DNA of 64,000 nucleotides from Mobula hypostoma (taxonomy: Eukaryota). The notes under the pieces were generated by a model. It worked only from the letters and a program-made list of their open reading frames with translations. It was not told the origin of the DNA and made no database searches. Made by a program: the position numbers and the translations under genes. The number at the start of each line of letters is the position of its first letter. The first letter of the stretch is position 1. This document shows positions 51,489 to 62,357 of the stretch, in pieces. The stretch covers positions 9,734,001-9,798,000 of the forward strand of contig NC_086097.1 of the NCBI RefSeq assembly GCF_963921235.1, read 5' to 3'.

Positions 51489-54150
51489 CTAGCGGAAGTT
51501 AGAGAAGTCAATGTTCATGCCATCAGGTTGGAGGCTACCCAGACGGAATATAAAGTGTTGTTCCTCCAACCTGAGTGTGGCTTCATCTTTACAGTAGAGG
51601 AGGCCGTGGATAGACATGTCAGAATGGGAATGGGATGTGGAATTAAAATGTGTGGCCACTGGGAGATCCTGCTTTCTCTGGCGGACAGAGCGTAGATGTT
51701 CAGCAAAGCGGTCTCCCAGTCTGCGTCGGGTCTCACCAATATATAAAAGGCCACATCGGGAGCACCGGACGCAGTATATCACCCCAGTCGACTCACAGGT
51801 GAAGTGATGCCTCACCTGGAAGGACTGTTTGGGGCCCTGAATGGTGGTAAGGGAGGAAGTGTAAGGGCATGTGTAGCACTTGTTCCGCTTACACGGATAA
51901 GTGCCAGGAGGGAGATCAGTGGGGAGGGATGGGGGGGACGAATGGACAAGGGAGTTGTGTAGGGAGCAATCCCTGCGGAATGCAGAGAGAGGTGGGGAGG
52001 GAAAGATGTGCTTAGTGGTGGGATCCCGTTGGAGGTGGCGGAAGTTACGGAGAATAATATGTTGGACCCGGAGGCTGGTGGGGTGGTAGGTGAGGACCAG
52101 GGGAACCCTATTCCTAGTGGGGTGGTGGGAGGATGGAGAGAGAGCAGATGTACGTGAAATGGGGGAGATGCGTTTAAGAGCAGAGTTGATAGTGGAGGAA
52201 GGGAAGCCCCTTTCTTTAAAAAATGAAGAGATCTCCCTCGTCCTAGAATGAAAAGCCTCATCCTGAGAGCAGATGCGGCGGAGACGGAGGAATTGCGAGA
52301 AGGGGATGGCGTTTTTGCAAGAGACAGGGTGAGAAGAGGAATAGTCCAGATAGCTGTGAGAGTCAGTAGGCTTATAGTAGACATCAGTGGATAAGCTGTC
52401 TCCAGAGACAGAGACAGAAAGATCTAGAAAGGGGAGGGAGGTGTCGGAAATGGACCAGGTAAACTTGAGGGCAGGGTGAAAGTTGGAGGCAAAGTTAATA
52501 AAGTCAACGAGTTCTGCATGCGTGCAGGAAGCAGTGCCAATGCAGTCGTCGATGTAGCGAAGGAAAAGTGGGGGACAGATACCAGAATAGGCACGGAACA
52601 TAGATTGTTCCACAAACCCAACAAAAAGGCAGGCATAGCTAGGACCCATACGGGTGCCCATAGCTACACCTTTAGTTTGGAGGAAATGGGAGGAGCAAAA
52701 GGAGAAATTATTAAGAGTAAGGACTAATTCCACTAGGCAGAGCAGAGTGGTGGTAGAGGGGAACTGATTAGGTCTGGAATCCAAAAAGAAGCGTAGAGCT
52801 TTGAGACCTTCCTGATGGGGGATGGAAGTATATAAGGACTGGACATCCATGGTGAAAATAAAGCGGTGGGGGCCAGGGAACTTAAAATCATCGAAAAGTT
52901 TAAGAGCGTGAGAAGTGTCACGAACATAGGTCGGAAGGGATTGAACAAGGGGTGATAAAACAGTGTCGAGGTATGCAGAAACGAGTTCGTGGGGCAGGAG
53001 CAAGCTGAGACAATAGGTCGGCCAGGACAGGCAGGTTTGTGGATCTTGGGTAGGAGGTAGAAACGGGAAGTGCGGGGTGTGGGAACTATAAGGTTGGTAG
53101 CAGTGGATGGGAGATCCCCTGAGCGGATAAAGTCGTTGATAGTGTGGGAGACAATGGCCTGGTGCTCCTTAGTGGGGTCACGATCGAGGGGTAAATAAGA
53201 GGAGGTATCCGCGAGTTGTCGCTGTGCCTCGGCAAGGTAGAGGTCAGTACGCCAGACTACAACAGCACCCCCTTTATCAGCGGGTTTAATAATAATGTTA
53301 GGATTAGTGCGGAGGGAGTGGAGAGCAGAGCGTTCCGAAGGAGTGAGGTTAGAATGGGGACAAGGTGCGGTGAAGTCGAGACGGTTGATGTCCCGTCGGC
53401 AGTTGGCAATAAAGAGATCCAGAGCAGGCAGAAGACCAGAGCGGGGTGTCCATGAAGAAGAGGAGGGTTGAAGACGGGAGAAGGGGTCATCGGTGGGGGT
53501 GGAAGAGTCCTTGCTGAAGAAGTAGGCTCGGAGACGGAGACGGCGGAAGAAAAGTTCCGCATCATGGCGAACACGGAACTCGCTGAGGTGTGGGCGAAGG
53601 GGGACAAACGTGAGGCCCTTACTGAGAACAGAGCGTTCTGCCTCCGACAGTTGAAGGTCGGAGGGGATGGTAAAGACCCGGCACGGATGAGAGCTGGGAT
53701 CAGAGGGGGGAGGGGGGAGGCTGGGGGTGTCAGTGGAGAGGGGAGGGTTGGGGTGAGAGAAAGATGGAGCCTCTGAGGGCCCAGGAGCTGACGGTGGGAT
53801 CTGAGGAAGACGGGGCTGCGGAGTGGTGGTGGGGGAAGGGGAGACGGGAGTCACAACAGCAGCACATAAAGACCCGGCCTGGTGTTCAAGGCTGGAGTCG
53901 CAGTTGGTGGTTGCGTAATCACTTCGAATGTGTCCATGGTCGTTGCTGGAGTCCGGGTTTTGAATATGTCCTGAGGTGTTGGAGCCGCTGAGATCAATGG
54001 CAGGGGCCGCAATTGAAAGTTCATGCCTGCTAGCGTCGGGGCCGGCAGGCTCTGGAGTCCGTAGATGTAAGATCTTGCGATCTTTGCCTAACATGACAAA
54101 GTCAAAAAAACAGCGATTGCAGGCGTGGATCCGACGGAGGATGAAATAAT
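51489..54150 (-). pseudogene. PLE reverse transcriptase / GIY-YIG endonuclease polyprotein, 5'-truncated, one frameshift near 52989
   Basis: LSKGLTFVP, IIKPADKGGAVVV, PKIHKP..PGRPIVS in ORF 52733..54178; MDVQSLYTSIP, QTKGVAMG, LRYIDD, FLDL, YYKPTDSHSYLDYSSSHP, Cys linker CKRNKCYTC and VIYCVRCSRCGLLYIGET.RRL..RF.EH in ORF 51489..53003. Confidence 0.93.
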
Positions 54151-54308
54151 GAGATAAGGCAGAGGCTTTATAAGACACTAGTCAACCACACTTGGAGTAT
54201 TGTCAAACGCAAACAACAGGAATTCTGCAGATGCTGGAAATTCAAGCAACATACATCAAAGTTGCTGGTGAACGCAGCAGGCCAAGCAGCATCTATAGGA
54301 AGAGGCGC

Positions 54309-54344
54309 AGTCGACGTTTCAGGCCGAGACCCTTCGTCAGGACT
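54309..54344 (-). ncRNA. Minimal type I hammerhead ribozyme motif
   Basis: Identical to 51158-51193. Confidence 0.85.
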
Positions 54345-54965
54345 AACTGAAGGAAGAGTGAGTAAGGGATTTGAAAGCTGGAGGGGGAGGGGGAGATGCA
54401 AAATGATAGGAGAAGACAGGAGGGGGAGGGATAGAGCCGAGAGCTGGACAGGTGATAGGCAAAAGGGGATACGAGAGGATCATGGGACAGGAGGTCCGGG
54501 AAGAAAGACGGCGGGGGGGGGGTGACCCAGAGGATGGGCAAGAGGTATATTCAGAGGGACAGAGGGAGAAAAAGGAGAGTGAGAGAAAGAATGTGTGCAT
54601 AAAAATGAGTAACAGCTGGGGTACGAGGGGGAGGTGGGGCCTAGCGGAAGTTTTCTCTAACTTCCGCTAGGCCCCACCTACCCCTCGTACCCCAGCTGTT
54701 ACTCATTTTTATGCACACATTCTTTCTCTCACTCTTCTTTTTCTCCCTCTGTCCCTCTGAATATACCTCTTGCCCATCCTCTGGGTCACCCCCCCCCGCC
54801 GTCTTTCTTCCCGGACCTCCTGTCCCATGATCCTCTCGTATCCCCTTTTGCCTATCACCTGTCCAGCTCTCGGCTCTATCCCTCCCCCTCCTGTCTTCTC
54901 CTATCATTTTGCATCTCCCCCTCCCCCTCCAGCTTTCAAATCCCTTACTCACTCTTCCTTCAGTT

Positions 54966-55001
54966 AGTCCTGACGAAGGGTCTCGGCCTGAAACGTCGAC
55001 T
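54966..55001 (+). ncRNA. Minimal type I hammerhead ribozyme motif
   Basis: AGTC CTGACGA AGG GTCTCGG CCT GAAA CG TC GACT; predicted cleavage after C54997. Confidence 0.85.
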
Positions 55002-57388
55002 GCGCCTCTTCCTATAGATGCTGCTTGGCCTGCTGCGTTCACCAGCAACTTTGATGTATGTTGCTTGGAGTATTGTCAACAGTTTTGGGCCCTGTATCTC
55101 AAAGAATGTGTTGTCATTGGAGAGAGTCCAGAGGAGATTTATGACAATGATTCCAGAATAGAAGGGGTTAACATATGAGGAGAGTTTGGTAGTTTTGGGC
55201 CTGTACTCACGGGAATTTAGAAAGATGTGTGGGGATCTCATTGAAAAAACCAAATGTTGAGAGGACTAGATAAAGTGGATGTGGAAGGGTTTGTGCTATG
55301 GTGAGGGTATCCAGAACTAGAGGGCACAGCCTCAAAATTCAGGAGCAACCTTTTAGAATTGAGGTAAGGAGGAATTTTTTTTTAGTCAAAGAGTAGTTAA
55401 TCTGTGGAATGTTCTGCTCCAGACTGCAGTAGAGGCCAAGTTGATCGTTTCCTGATCGATCAGGGCATCAAAGGGTTATGGCAAGAAGGCAGATGTATGG
55501 GGTTGAGTGGGATCAAGGATCAGCCATGATGGAATGGAGCATACTCGATGGGCTGAATGGCCTAATTCTGCTCCTATATCTTATGGTCTTATGATCTAAG
55601 TGACATTGACTGTGGAATGATTGCTGATGCCTTACAGCTTGATTTGAGTATCTCACGGACAGTCTCTAAAGTCCCCTTTGCCATCCGATTCCAAAATGGA
55701 CATTGAACCCGTGAACACTACCTCACGTTTTTAATATACATTATTTCTGTTTTTTTGAATGACTTTTAATCTATTCAATATATGTATACTGTAATTGATT
55801 TACCAATTTATTTATATTATTATTTTTTTTCCTCCTATATTATGTATTGCACTGAACTGCTGCTGCTAAGTTAACAAATTTCATGACACATGCTGGTGAT
55901 AAGATACTGACTCTAATGTGTACTAAGAATGATGTGAAAAACAAAAGGTATCCAGTGAGCGGCAGTTCTGTGGATGAATTTGCTTAATGAGAGTGGTCAG
56001 AGGAGAACGGGCAGACTGGTTCAAAATGACAGAAAGGGAATTCAAATAACCATGTGTTACAACAGTGGTGTGCAGAAGAGCAGCTTTGAAGGCACAAAAC
56101 ATTGAATCTTGAAGTGAATCCACTACAGCAGCAGAAGACCACAAACATACTCTCAGTGGCCACTTTATACAGTACAGGAGGTACGTAATACAGTGGCCAC
56201 AAAGTGTATCCACCTGGAATCATAGAATACTTAGAGGAAAGAGGGAAATTATATTGTCCCTCATGACTTGATGAGCACTTACTTCGTAGTCCAATCAGTT
56301 CCATTATACCTTTCTTTCCCTACAGTCCCCAAATTATTTTTGGGAGGCCTATCAATTCTGCTTCTAAGCATCTTGTAATCCAAGAGTTGCTGATCATAAC
56401 TAGACTCCAAATTAAAATAAGATTTTCTTCCAATCAATTTGTGTTTTGCCCACATTTAAAACCTGCTTTACTTTTTAATCTTGCTCCACTTCTTCCAGAA
56501 CATTTCAAATCTATCTCTGCCTCACTCTATTTGCTGTTAAGATCTGATGATTTTGACTAACAATATACACCCCTTATTTGCTTTCCTCTGTTCATCATCC
56601 GACAATTTCAAAACACTGCATTCCAATAATTAGCAATTATTATTATTACTAGTTTCTTTTTGTGTTAGCACAATTTATCAGCCTTTGTTTGTTGGTAGTT
56701 TTTCATTGATTCTATTGTCCTTTGTTCTACTGTGAATGCTTGCAAGAAAATGAATCTCAAGATGGTATTTGGTGAGGTACTGCTTATGTACTTTGATAAT
56801 AAATTTACTTTGGACTTTGAACATTGAACTTTGAACACAGTTCACAATTGGATCTATCTCATCTTGTGCATGCTGCCTTGTATTGGCACATGCTTAAAAA
56901 AAACCCTCAATATTAAAATTCACACCCATGTTTTCAAATTCTTTCATAGACTTGTTCCTTCCCATCCTCATAGCCACCATTGGCCTGTAATCACTGAGAT
57001 ATCAGAGATCTTTCAAATCTACTGCGATAAACAAACTACCTTCAGTTGTTACAGGCCCTCTTAATAAACCTTTCAGCCTCTGTAAGGTTCAACTTTTCTC
57101 TCTTCAACAAGCCTTTCAGTGATTTTGTTTAGAAATCTGAATGTAGGAATAGGCAAAAGACATTAGAAGACAAGAACAGGTAGGACATTGAACATTAGTA
57201 CAGCACAGAAGTGGGCCCTATAGATCACAATGTCTCTGCCAACAATGATCCCAGTCACAAATAATTCCACCCACCTGCGTATCATTTGTGTCACTCCATT
57301 CCCTATCTGTCCATGTGCCTGACAAAATGCCTCTTGCTGTCTTAAATCTCCTTAAAACATTATGTTTAATATTTTAAAATGTTTTATC

Positions 57389-57751
57389 ATCATTATGTGC
57401 CATGTCATATGATGTAGGCAATCATATTCTTGACTGTTCTTGGCAAATTTTTCTACAAAAGTGTTTTGCTATTGCCTTCTTCTGGGCGGTGTCTTTAGGA
57501 AGTGGGTGACCCCAGCCATTCTCAATACTCTTCAGAGATTGTCGGCATGTCGTCAGCGGTCACATAACCATGACTTGTGATATGCACCAGACGCTTATAC
57601 GACCATCCACCACCTGCTCCCATGGCTTCACGTGACCCTGATCTTGGGGCTGAGCAGGTGTGACACCTTGACCAAGGGTGACTGCAGGCTAGCAGAGGGA
57701 AGGAGCACCTTACACCTCCACTGGTAGAGACATATCCCCACCCCACCACCC
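57389..57751 (-). mobile_element. RTE/Bov-A-like non-autonomous element, copy 3
   Basis: Reverse-complement homology to 23384-23761. Confidence 0.75.
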
Positions 57752-58401
57752 ATAAATTGCCATACAATAAAATTTCACAACACATGCCAGTGAAATTAAA
57801 TCTGATTCTAATACTAAATCTGAAAATTAGCATACATAGTGCATTAGAGGAATAGTGAGGTAGTGTTCATGGGTTCATGGACCTTTCAGAAATCTGATAG
57901 TGCTAGAAGAGAAGCTGTTTCTAAAATATTGAGTATACGTCTTTAGGCTCCTAAACTTCCTCACTGATCGTATGAATAAGAAGGAGGCATTGTCTGGGTG
58001 GTAGGTGTCCTTAATGATGGATGCCTCCTTTTTGAGGCATCGCCTTTTGAAGATGTCATTACTGAGGGGAAGACTCGTGGCCGTGACGCAGCTGGTTGAG
58101 TCGATAACTTTCTGCATTCAAGCTTCCATACCAGACAGCCACGAAACACAGAAAACCATGGAACCTGTTCAAAGCAAAACATCACACTCCCAATGCACAA
58201 AAGCATTGTGCGAATGGCAAAAAAAAAATAATGAGCAAAAAACACAGAATATAAAACACCAACTCACAAACTCATCGAAAGAGTCTGGGTATGCTCAGTT
58301 CAGTTCAGTTCAGGATCTGAATTAGGTTTATTATCACTGACATCTAGTATGTTGTGAAATGTTGTGACAGCACTACAGTGCAAGACAAAACAAAATAACT
58401 A

Positions 58402-58772
58402 CCGTTTGTCCGTTATGTGCCGTGCCGTATGACATGGGTAATCATGGTCTATCTGTGACCACGATCGTTCATAGCAATTTTTTTTCACAGAAGTGGTTTT
58501 CCGTTGCCTCTTTTTGGGCAGTGTCTTTACAAGACAGTTGACCTAAGCCATTATCAATACTCTTCAGAGATTATCTGCCTGGTGTCAGTGGTCACATAAC
58601 CAGGACTTGTGATATGCACCATCTGCTCATATGACCACACATAGCTTCACATGACCCTGATTGGGAGGGCTAAGCGGGTGCTACAACCTGCCCTAGGGTG
58701 ACCTGCAGGCTAACAGAAGGAAGGAGTGCCTTATACCTCCTTTGCTAGAGATATATCTCTACCCTATCACCC
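58402..58772 (-). mobile_element. RTE/Bov-A-like non-autonomous element, copy 4
   Basis: Reverse-complement homology to 23384-23761. Confidence 0.75.
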
Positions 58773-59719
58773 ATTAAGTGTTTAAGTCTCTTTATGTGGC
58801 TCACGGTCATTTTATTTTCTAATTGCTGATGATTCTATGAAGCAGCTGCAGCTATTTTACCACATTAAATTTTTTTAATGTCAGCTCTTTCTATGCCTCT
58901 TATCGTCTTGTACTCTCAATCAAGTCACCTCTCATCCTCCTTGGCTCCAAAGAGGAAAGCCCTAGCTCTCTCAACCCTGTCTTCATTAAGCCTACTCTCT
59001 AATCCAGGTAATCCTGATAAATCTCCTCTGCGCTCTTTCTAAAGCTTGCACATCCTCTCTATAATAAACTTCCTACAGTTCACTATGGATAAATGTTCCC
59101 TGGCCACTTAAATTAATACTGCAAAAGAAATACTTTTACTAGTTATTGAAATTATTACAAATCAAGGACAAAATGTTGTAATAGTGATATTAAACATAGT
59201 TTCATTTCAAAGACTGAAATTTATTTAGTTCACCTATTGTATTTTTTATAATCTGAACCTTTTACAGTTCCATTTAAATGAAGTGTAAAGAGGTAACTGA
59301 GCTCGTAACATTCTGTTTAATTTCATTGGAACATTAACACACCTTGCAGTTGCAGGCTATACTTTGCCATTTGGGAGTACACAATACTAAATGTCATGGC
59401 CAAAATAAAATTTAGTGTTTCTAGCTATCTGCAATTTTTTTCCTTCTGCTCTTGAAGGAGCCAGTTATAAATTCGTAGTTGACCTGCATGACTAAAGTAT
59501 GGCAGTCTCCACAATTGTACACAATCCTGTCCTACAGACAACAATAGTGGTACGGCTAGTGGATGTGCTGCCTTGCAGTGCCAGAGACCCTGGTTCAATC
59601 TTCATTTTGGGTGCTAATTGCATGGAGTTTGCTCATTCTCTGTTAGCACATCATATAACTGAACAGCAGATTGATCCATATAACTGTCCTCGCCCTCAGA
59701 CCTCTTTTAAATTTCTCCC

Positions 59720-60960
59720 CCCTCATCCAGCGATGTCTTTTATAAACCAACGGACTCTCACAGCTACCTGGACTATATCACATCCCACCCTGCTACTTGT
59801 AAAAATGCCTTCCCCTTCTCTCATTTCCTCCGTTTCTACCACATCTGCTCTCAGGATGAGGCTTTTCATTCTAGAACGAAGGAGGTGTTCTCTTTTTTCA
59901 AAGAAAGAGGCTTCCCTTTCTCCACCATCAACGCTGTCCTCAACCACATCTCTTCCATTTTACACCTGTGTGCTCTTAACCGATCCTCCCACCACACTAT
60001 CAGGGATAGGATTCCTCATGTCCTCGCATACCACCCCACCAGCCTTTGCGTCCAGCACATAATTCTCCAAATCTTCCACCACTTCCAACTGGATCCCACC
60101 ACCAAACACATCTTTCTCTGCCCCCCACATTCTGCTTTTAGCAGGGATCGTTCCCTATGTGACTCCCTTGTCAATTCGTCCCTCCCCACTGATCTCCCTC
60201 CTAGCACTTATCCTTGCAAGTGGAACAAGTGCTACACATGCCCCTATACCTCCTCCTTCACAATAATCCAGGGCCCTAAACGGTCCCTCCAGTTGAGACA
60301 ACACTTCACCTGTGAGTCTGTTGGGGTCATATACTGTGTCCGGTGCTCCCGGTGTGGCCTCCTGTATATTGGTGAGACCCAATGTAGATTGGGAGATCGC
60401 TTCACCGAGCATTTATGCTCCATACGCAGAACAAGCGGGATCTCCCAGTGGCCACCCATTTTAGTTCCACTTCACATTCCCATTCCAGTATGTCCATCCA
60501 TGGCCTCCTCCACTGTTGGGATAAGGGCACACTTAGGTTGGAGGAACAACACCTTGTATTCTGTTTGGGTAGCCTCCAACCTCATGACATGAATATCGAT
60601 TTCTCAAACTTCCAGTAATGCCTCCAACACCCCTCCCTTCACCATTTCCTATCCCCTTGTCCCTCTCTCATGTTATCTCCTTTCCCACCCATCACCTTCC
60701 TCTGGTGCTTCCCCCCCCCCCCATTTTTATTTCTTCCATGTCCTTCTGTCTCTTTCATCAAACAACTTCCTAGCTCTGTGCTTCATCCATCCCCCTCTGG
60801 ATTTCAACAGTGTTTCTCTTTCCCCTCCCGCCACCTTTCAAATCTACTCCTAAGCTTTTTTTCTCCAGTCCTGACGAAGGGTTTCAGCCCAAAATGTCGA
60901 CTGTACTTTTTTCCATAGATGCTGCCTGGCGTGATGATTTCCTCCAGTATTTTGTGTGTG
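59720..60960 (+). mobile_element. Older 5'-truncated Penelope-like element (RT thumb, GIY-YIG, 3' UTR)
   Basis: ORF 59885..60592 CKWNKCYTC..GVIYCVRCSRCGLLYIGETQCRLGDRFTEH; frameshifts; hammerhead at 60867-60902 with GAAACG changed to AAAATG. Confidence 0.9.
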
Positions 60961-62046
60961 TTTACCCCTCATCAATCCCTATCTATCCAAATACTTGTAG
61001 AATACCTTCCAATAACTTCCTCACTACTGATGTCAGCCTCCTGGCCTAAAATTTCCAGGTTTATTCTTTGAGCCTTTCTTAAACAGCGGAACAACATTAG
61101 CTATGCTCCAGTACCTCACCTATCATTGAGAATGGTTTAAATATCTTTGCTTGGGCCCCTGCAATTTCTGTACTTGCTTTCCACAGGATCTGAGGGAACA
61201 CCTTGAAATTCCTGGGGATTTGTCCACCCAATTTGCCTCAAGATAGTAAACACCTCCTCCGCTGTAATCTGCATAGAGTCCATGACCCTTCTGCTGCTTT
61301 GCCTCACTTTGAGAGCTTCTGTGTCTGTCTCCCGAGTAAATACCAAAGCAAAAAATCCAATAATTAGTCCTACCATATATATAGAGTAGCTAGAGTGCCT
61401 AAGACTTTTGCACAGTACTATATTTACAGTCCTTGGGATTCATTTAAGATTGTTGGCTTCTATGTTAACCAATGTTTAAATTTCTACCGGAATTGGCCTT
61501 CCTGATGTAAGGGCATTGACCTTTGACATTATCTCAGTCTATCCTATGATAAGACTTCCCTTTGATCCCTCCCTCCCATCCCCCAACAAAACCACTAACA
61601 CCATTCTGCACTCCTTAAAACCCTTATTTTCCTCCACCCCACCCCTATTTTCTAACATTTCTCATTTACGAAGTCTTAGGGCCGTAAGACCAGAAGATAA
61701 AGGTGCAGAATTAGGCCCATTGAGATGGCTCTGCCATTCAATTATGGCCAGTTTATTATCCCTCTCAATGCCATTCTCCTGCCTTCTTTCCATGATGCTT
61801 CTCTCACCTCTGATGCTGCCCAACCTTCTGAGTACTCCCAACAGTCTTTGCTTTCATAATGTTGATGGCAACCTGACAGACCAGGCAATGTAGCTCTATT
61901 TCCTACTAGGATTACGCTCAGTCCAATCTGAATTCAGCACCATCATTCCATTCAGTAAGACTAGTGCTTGCTATGAGAATATTTAGTGCTATGGAAATTT
62001 CAAAGTTCAAAATAAATTTACTATCAAAGTGTGTGTATATATATAT

Positions 62047-62357
62047 AGGCATCCGTTAGTCTTGTGAGACCATGGATTTGCACCTTGGAAGGTTTCCAGG
62101 GTGCAGGCCTGGGCAAGGTTGTATGGAAGACCGGCAGTTGCCCATGCTGTAAGTCTCCCCTCTCCACACTACCGATGTTGTACAAGGGAAGGGCACTAGG
62201 GCCAATACAGCTTGGCACTGGTGTCGTCGCACAGCAATGTGTGGTTAAGTGCCTTGCTCAAGGACACAACACGCTGCCTCAGCTGAGGCTCGAACTAGCA
62301 ACCTTCAGATCACTGGGCGTCACTAGACTGATGCCTTAACCACTTGGCCACGCGCCA
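62047..62357 (-). mobile_element. tRNA-derived SINE with RTE-like tail
   Basis: Minus strand GGCGCGTGGCCAAGTGGTTAAGG (A box) and GTTCGAGCC (B box), then GTGTCCTTGAGCAAGGCACTTAAC; (TA)n tail; CAAAGT on both flanks. Confidence 0.75.

Larger units (their letters stand above)
51096..54150 (-). mobile_element. Young 5'-truncated Penelope-like retroelement (Neptune-like)
   Basis: RT + GIY-YIG coding region and a ~390-bp 3' UTR with hammerhead; TSD GAGATAATGCAGAG (51082-51095) vs GAGATAAGGCAGAG (54151-54164); CpG-rich relative to its surroundings. Confidence 0.95.
54207..55063. mobile_element. Palindromic PLE insertion: two head-to-head 3' UTRs with exact 16-bp TSD
   Basis: Arms ~54242-54652 and 54659-55067 with a 6-nt spacer TTCTCT; CTTGGAGTATTGTCAA at 54191-54206 and 55064-55079. 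Confidence 0.93.
49745..55595 (+). mobile_element. CR1 LINE (pieces 49745-51095, 54151-54206, 55064-55595) hosting three PLE insertions
   Basis: VLGKLKGLQVDKSPGQDRLHTRVLREV; the pieces rejoin as GGAGATAATGCAGAG|GCTTTATAAGACACTAGTC..CTTGGAGTATTGTCAA|CAGTTTTGGGCCC; (CTTATGGT)n tail. Confidence 0.9.
49226..56206 (+). mobile_element. Non-autonomous Tc1/mariner-like element expanded by nested insertions
   Basis: TIR CACTCAGTGGCCACTTTATTAGGTAC (49226-49251) vs GTACGTAATACAGTGGCCACAAAGTG (56181-56206); TA on both flanks; transposase-like remnants at ~55595-55670 and ~55920-56150. Confidence 0.75.

Noticed and set aside
52980..53003. Programmed ribosomal frameshift between the two PLE ORFs
   Set aside because: No slippery heptamer is visible and the break lies inside a conserved RT region; a 1-bp deletion or sequencing error is simpler.
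52733..54178. 481-aa ORF as a complete gene starting at 54178
   Set aside because: The start codon and first residues come from flanking CR1/TSD sequence, and the tail after CPT is out of frame; it is a truncated PLE ORF.
51096..54652. The two direct-repeat 3' UTRs as paired terminal repeats of one element
   Set aside because: 56 bp of host CR1, two distinct TSDs and four diagnostic differences separate them.
62270..62357. tRNA gene
   Set aside because: A and B boxes are present but I could not fold a convincing cloverleaf, and it continues into a SINE body and tail.
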